In this document: piece by piece, positions 29,049 through 32,000 of the stretch
How positions within the stretch are numbered: the first letter of the stretch is position 1
Layout of the letters: each line of letters starts with the position of its first letter
Assembly (NCBI GenBank): GCA_002794465.1
Contig: MTSL01000169.1
Location: forward strand, 91,088 to 123,087
Length of the DNA stretch: 32,000 nucleotides
Direction of reading: 5' to 3'
DNA from: Paramicrosporidium saccamoebae KSL3
Taxonomy: Eukaryota > Fungi > Cryptomycota
Program-made: the position numbers and the translations under genes
Notes under the pieces: model-generated
Databases searched by the model: none
What the model was told of the DNA's origin: nothing
Seen by the model: only the letters and a program-made list of their open reading frames with translations

Positions 29049-29465
29049 ATGTCTGAAGAGGTGCCCGAACGTGCCGAGCACGTTGAAAATGCCGAATACG
29101 CTGAAGGCACTGAGCAGGCTGATGAGAAGCAGGTCGGCGTGCAGGGACGCACGCAGCGTGATATGCAAAATGTAACAGAGCTGGTGGAGGAGCGCACCAC
29201 GCTGGATATCCGGAGCATTGAACGTGCAGTGGACAAGCTGGTAAAGATTAGGGAAATGGACAAGAAGACGGAAAGGCCATTTGTGCCCAAGAACAAGCTC
29301 GTTGCCGCAGATGTGCAATACTTTATGGAGAAGACGGGCGAGGACAAGGGGAAGAGCGAGCAATTTCTGGACGCCGCTGACGGCAATCTCCAAAACGCCT
29401 TTGTCTCCTGGCTCAAGACGAATCCTGGCTCCGATTTTGATTCTCGCTATGGTGTAAAAATATAA
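29049..29465 (+). CDS. HYPK: HYPK-like NatA-associated chaperone with UBA-like C-terminus
   Basis: MQNVTELVEER..LD..SI..AV; KLVAADVQYFMEKTGEDKGKSEQFLDAADGNLQNAFVSW (cf. KKEDLELIMTEMEISRAAAERSLREHMGNVVEAL). Confidence 0.7.
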   Translation: MSEEVPERAEHVENAEYAEGTEQADEKQVGVQGRTQRDMQNVTELVEERTTLDIRSIERAVDKLVKIREMDKKTERPFVPKNKLVAADVQYFMEKTGEDKGKSEQFLDAADGNLQNAFVSWLKTNPGSDFDSRYGVKI

Positions 29466-29575
29466 AAGTCTGCAGTTCTATTTTGAGCACAGCCAATAGA
29501 ATCGGCCCAAATGAAACATGTTCCAATTACAATAGAGAACCATTATGTTAGTTGGGTTGTAGTAATCATACCAAG

Positions 29576-30565
29576 ATGAATATAATGTTCTTGCTACTCT
29601 GCTTGTGGCAAATGGCGCATTCTCAGCTGTTGATTCCACAGTATCCCCAGATCAACGGATACAGCGCCCCCTATTACTATGACGGGGCTTACTCACAGGA
29701 GGTCAGTGGCACCGAATGGCAATGGCCATTGGATAGCGCTATGAATGCACGTCCTGTGAGAGACACCCGTCAAGGAGTCATGCGGCCGATTCCACCGATG
29801 CAGATGGACCAACAAGTGGTGGGCAGCACTCGCATGGGGCCGTATGTCCCGGAAGCGCCCCAGACGCGAATAATCCGAAGGAGAAGGCCTAGGAGCTATC
29901 GGCCTTTCGTGCCATTGACCCCGCAAAGGAGGCAGGGTTGGAGAACCCCACCGGCCGTACAGCAGCTGAACAGTTGTCCCTTTGATCCCCTCTACAAACA
30001 TCTGCTCGTCATGCTCAATTCTTATCGACGCCAAATGAGGCAGCCTCCCCTTTGCATGAACGAGAAATTGATGCGTGCCGCCAAGCTACAGAGCGACTTT
30101 CAGGCCTTAGCCAAGGTGCCCACACATGCTGGCCCGCGTGAATCTAATTTGGGGAGTCTTGAGGATCGCTTACGATGGATGAAATTTAGCACGCCATCCC
30201 GTCGGACACCAGTCAATACCAGACCCGAGGCAGAGGAGCTGATCTATTACTGGCCAAGCCGGCCGCGGGACCAGAACACAATGCTGAGACTACTACGGGG
30301 AGCGATGCGAGCCTGGCAGCAGGACGGTCAGGCGAGAGCGGTGATGACTAATTCTCGGTTCCAGTTTTTCGGTTTCGGACTGACCCGTGCCCGCGGGGGA
30401 ATGTACTTGACAGTAGTGCTGGCAGGGTCTCGATCCGAGGTGTGTAATCTTTGTCCCGAAGATGGCCAGTCTCCTGCATACAATCCACCACGAGACCGGG
30501 ATACTTATCCACCCAAGCCTTTTGACGAGGATGGTTGTGGCTCTAACTATGGCTATCCTTATTAG
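29576..30565 (+). CDS. Secreted CAP/SCP/PR-1 domain protein with Pro/Gln/Arg-rich N-terminal extension
   Basis: Signal peptide MNIMFLLLCLWQMAHS; LVMLNSYRRQMRQPPLCMNEKLMRAAKLQS..Q.....THAG...SLEDRL; AMRAW......AVMTNSRFQFFGFG. Confidence 0.8.
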   Translation: MNIMFLLLCLWQMAHSQLLIPQYPQINGYSAPYYYDGAYSQEVSGTEWQWPLDSAMNARPVRDTRQGVMRPIPPMQMDQQVVGSTRMGPYVPEAPQTRIIRRRRPRSYRPFVPLTPQRRQGWRTPPAVQQLNSCPFDPLYKHLLVMLNSYRRQMRQPPLCMNEKLMRAAKLQSDFQALAKVPTHAGPRESNLGSLEDRLRWMKFSTPSRRTPVNTRPEAEELIYYWPSRPRDQNTMLRLLRGAMRAWQQDGQARAVMTNSRFQFFGFGLTRARGGMYLTVVLAGSRSEVCNLCPEDGQSPAYNPPRDRDTYPPKPFDEDGCGSNYGYPY

Positions 30566-30719
30566 CATGAATGCTATAAATAGTACTATGGCAATACCAA
30601 TATATCATTGTTTTTCTAGTAATTTGGGCAGACTATTGCTTTTGGGACAGATTTTTACACGAAATATTACTGTTTATGCATGCTATATTAACGGATGGCC
30701 ATATGTGCAATAGAATGGA

Positions 30720-31420
30720 TTACCATATCTTTTCTTGGGTCGCACGATCGGTGAGAGGCACATAGCGCACCGGCAGGGTAGCCTGCTCGCTTACGTTGCC
30801 TTCCTCATCTTTTCGGTAAATGATAATCTGCTGCTCAGGTTCCCATTTACCTACCGGCACAATCAACACTCCCCCTGCCTTTAGCTGACTCAGTAGACGC
30901 GCCGGTCGACTTGTAGCGGCAGCCCCCACATGTATCACGTCGTATGGGGCCAAGTCCGGATAGCCTTCCCTTCCATCGCCCACCACATAGCGTAACTGAC
31001 CGCTGTCCAGAAGGTCTTTGTGGTGTCGAGATGTATTCGCTAGAGCCTGATCCACTAGCTCTGGGATGTGTTCTACACCCACCACCAAATAATCGGCGTC
31101 CAGCTTGCCATAGCAGGTCGTCAGATAGCCAGAGCCCGAGCCGACATCAAGAATCCGATGGACGCCCGGCGTGAGAACGGAAAGCGAATGTTCCAGCGCA
31201 TATGCATGCATGTGAGGGGCTGAAATGGTGGCATTGTGACTAAGCTCTTGCGGGAAATCCGAGTAAGGATCGTGGTTACAATAGTCTCCACGATCAACCT
31301 GCAGCATCGTATCCCGAACCCGCTCACTGTGTATCGCATTGGTTTCTATGAGATTAGTATGTCCTACCAGAGTATACCTTGCAGATAACGGACCAATTCG
31401 GCCATTGAAGTGCCATGCAT
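30720..31420 (-). CDS. PCMT1: Protein-L-isoaspartate O-methyltransferase (PCMT/PIMT), 222 aa
   Basis: 32-nt intron 31346..31377 (GTATAC..TACTAAT..ATAG) gives MHGTSMAELVRYLQETNAIHSERVRDTMLQVDR. Motifs ATISAPHMHA, LDVGSGSGYLT, GDGREG..APYDVIHVGAA, L.QLK.GG.LIVPVG. Confidence 0.95.
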
Positions 31421-31609
31421 CGCAATCCGCCGTTTCTGTACGGCGGAGCAGAGCCAAATAGTCTGTCCGCGCGTGATGAACCAATCAGCTATCCCGTGCG
31501 TGTTAAACCAATCAATAATGGTCGGTGCGCCAACTGAGCACTTTGATCTGAGATGGACTGGACGAATGGCGGAGTCATCACTTCCGAATTGCGAGGTTAG
31601 TCATGAGGC

Positions 31610-31741
31610 TGTTAAACAGTACCCGCGTATCATTGGTGAACCCGACTCAAATAGCGGGCCCACAAGCTATTCCAATCAAATTAAGGATGGCTGCTTGTAA
31701 AAGGGTCACATACTTTAATAAAATTAGTTCGCTCATCAACA
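31610..31741 (+). mobile_element. Solo-LTR-like element A, full copy (132 bp)
   Basis: TGTTAAACAG...CCAAT...TGTAAAA...AATAAA...CATCAACA; inverted termini TGTT/AACA; homologous to 17895..18023 and 12388..12461. Confidence 0.65.
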
Positions 31742-31877
31742 AGACCGTTTATTAAGACTCCCGATCCGTATAACAAGCGTTTACTCACATGCTCTGTTGG
31801 ATGGCATTGGCAATACGGTTTCGTACGATACAGCAGATCCCAATAGGCTGTGGATCTCTCGCCCCTAGTCCGCAGTT

Positions 31878-32000
31878 ATGTGACGTAGGGGATCGATCGG
31901 TTGGGTATTTGACGTAGAGGGTTGATTAGTTGCTGGGTATTTGAGGACTGAGATGTGTATCCATACTATTCTAGGATTAGCAGTGAACAACCCCCCTTCC
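31878..32000 (-). repeat. Dispersed repeat family B, copy 2 (runs off the window end)
   Basis: Reverse complement of 31950-32000 matches 10987-11037 at 48/51; 31928-31948 matches 11129-11149 at 21/21; taatcaaccctctacgtcaaat matches 11191-11212 at 19/22. Confidence 0.9.

Noticed and set aside
17726-31700. Peptide similarity between track ORFs 17726..18043 (VKQHPLIIGESDPDSGPT..IKNGYL), 31410..31700 (VKQYPRIIGEPDSNSGPT..IKDGCL) and 12431..12628 (IKDGCL), suggesting a small-protein family
   Set aside because: Similarity starts and stops at the DNA element's TGTT/AACA ends, replacements are at least as common as synonymous changes, and stop positions differ. It is better explained as non-coding element A.

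Overview
Gene-dense eukaryotic DNA from a compact, probably early-diverging fungal-lineage genome. A Zn2Cys6 factor and a Bem1-type PX-PB1 protein sit beside cyclin L and HYPK-like genes; Rozellomycota/Paramicrosporidium-like is an inference only. I find about 26 protein genes and one tRNA-Leu(CAG), with no prokaryotic features and no CRISPR. Many ORFs in the track are exons: I reconstructed 30 GT-AG introns by hand, all 27-37 nt. The apparently fragmented 4.4-7.3 kb region reads as one intact 14-intron meiotic gene (ZIP4/SPO22/TEX11, about 820 aa). Other notable structure: (1) two secreted Thr-rich proteins with a basic-then-acidic charge split, flanking NFU1; (2) a ~130-bp solo-LTR-like element in 3 copies; (3) a second, modular dispersed repeat that brackets one Thr-rich gene together with the LTR-like element; (4) three head-to-head gene pairs with start codons only 13-26 nt apart; (5) convergent gaps of 150-270 nt, five of six carrying a degenerate tandem repeat of a different period. 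All calls come from reading the sequence and remembered family motifs; no searches were run.
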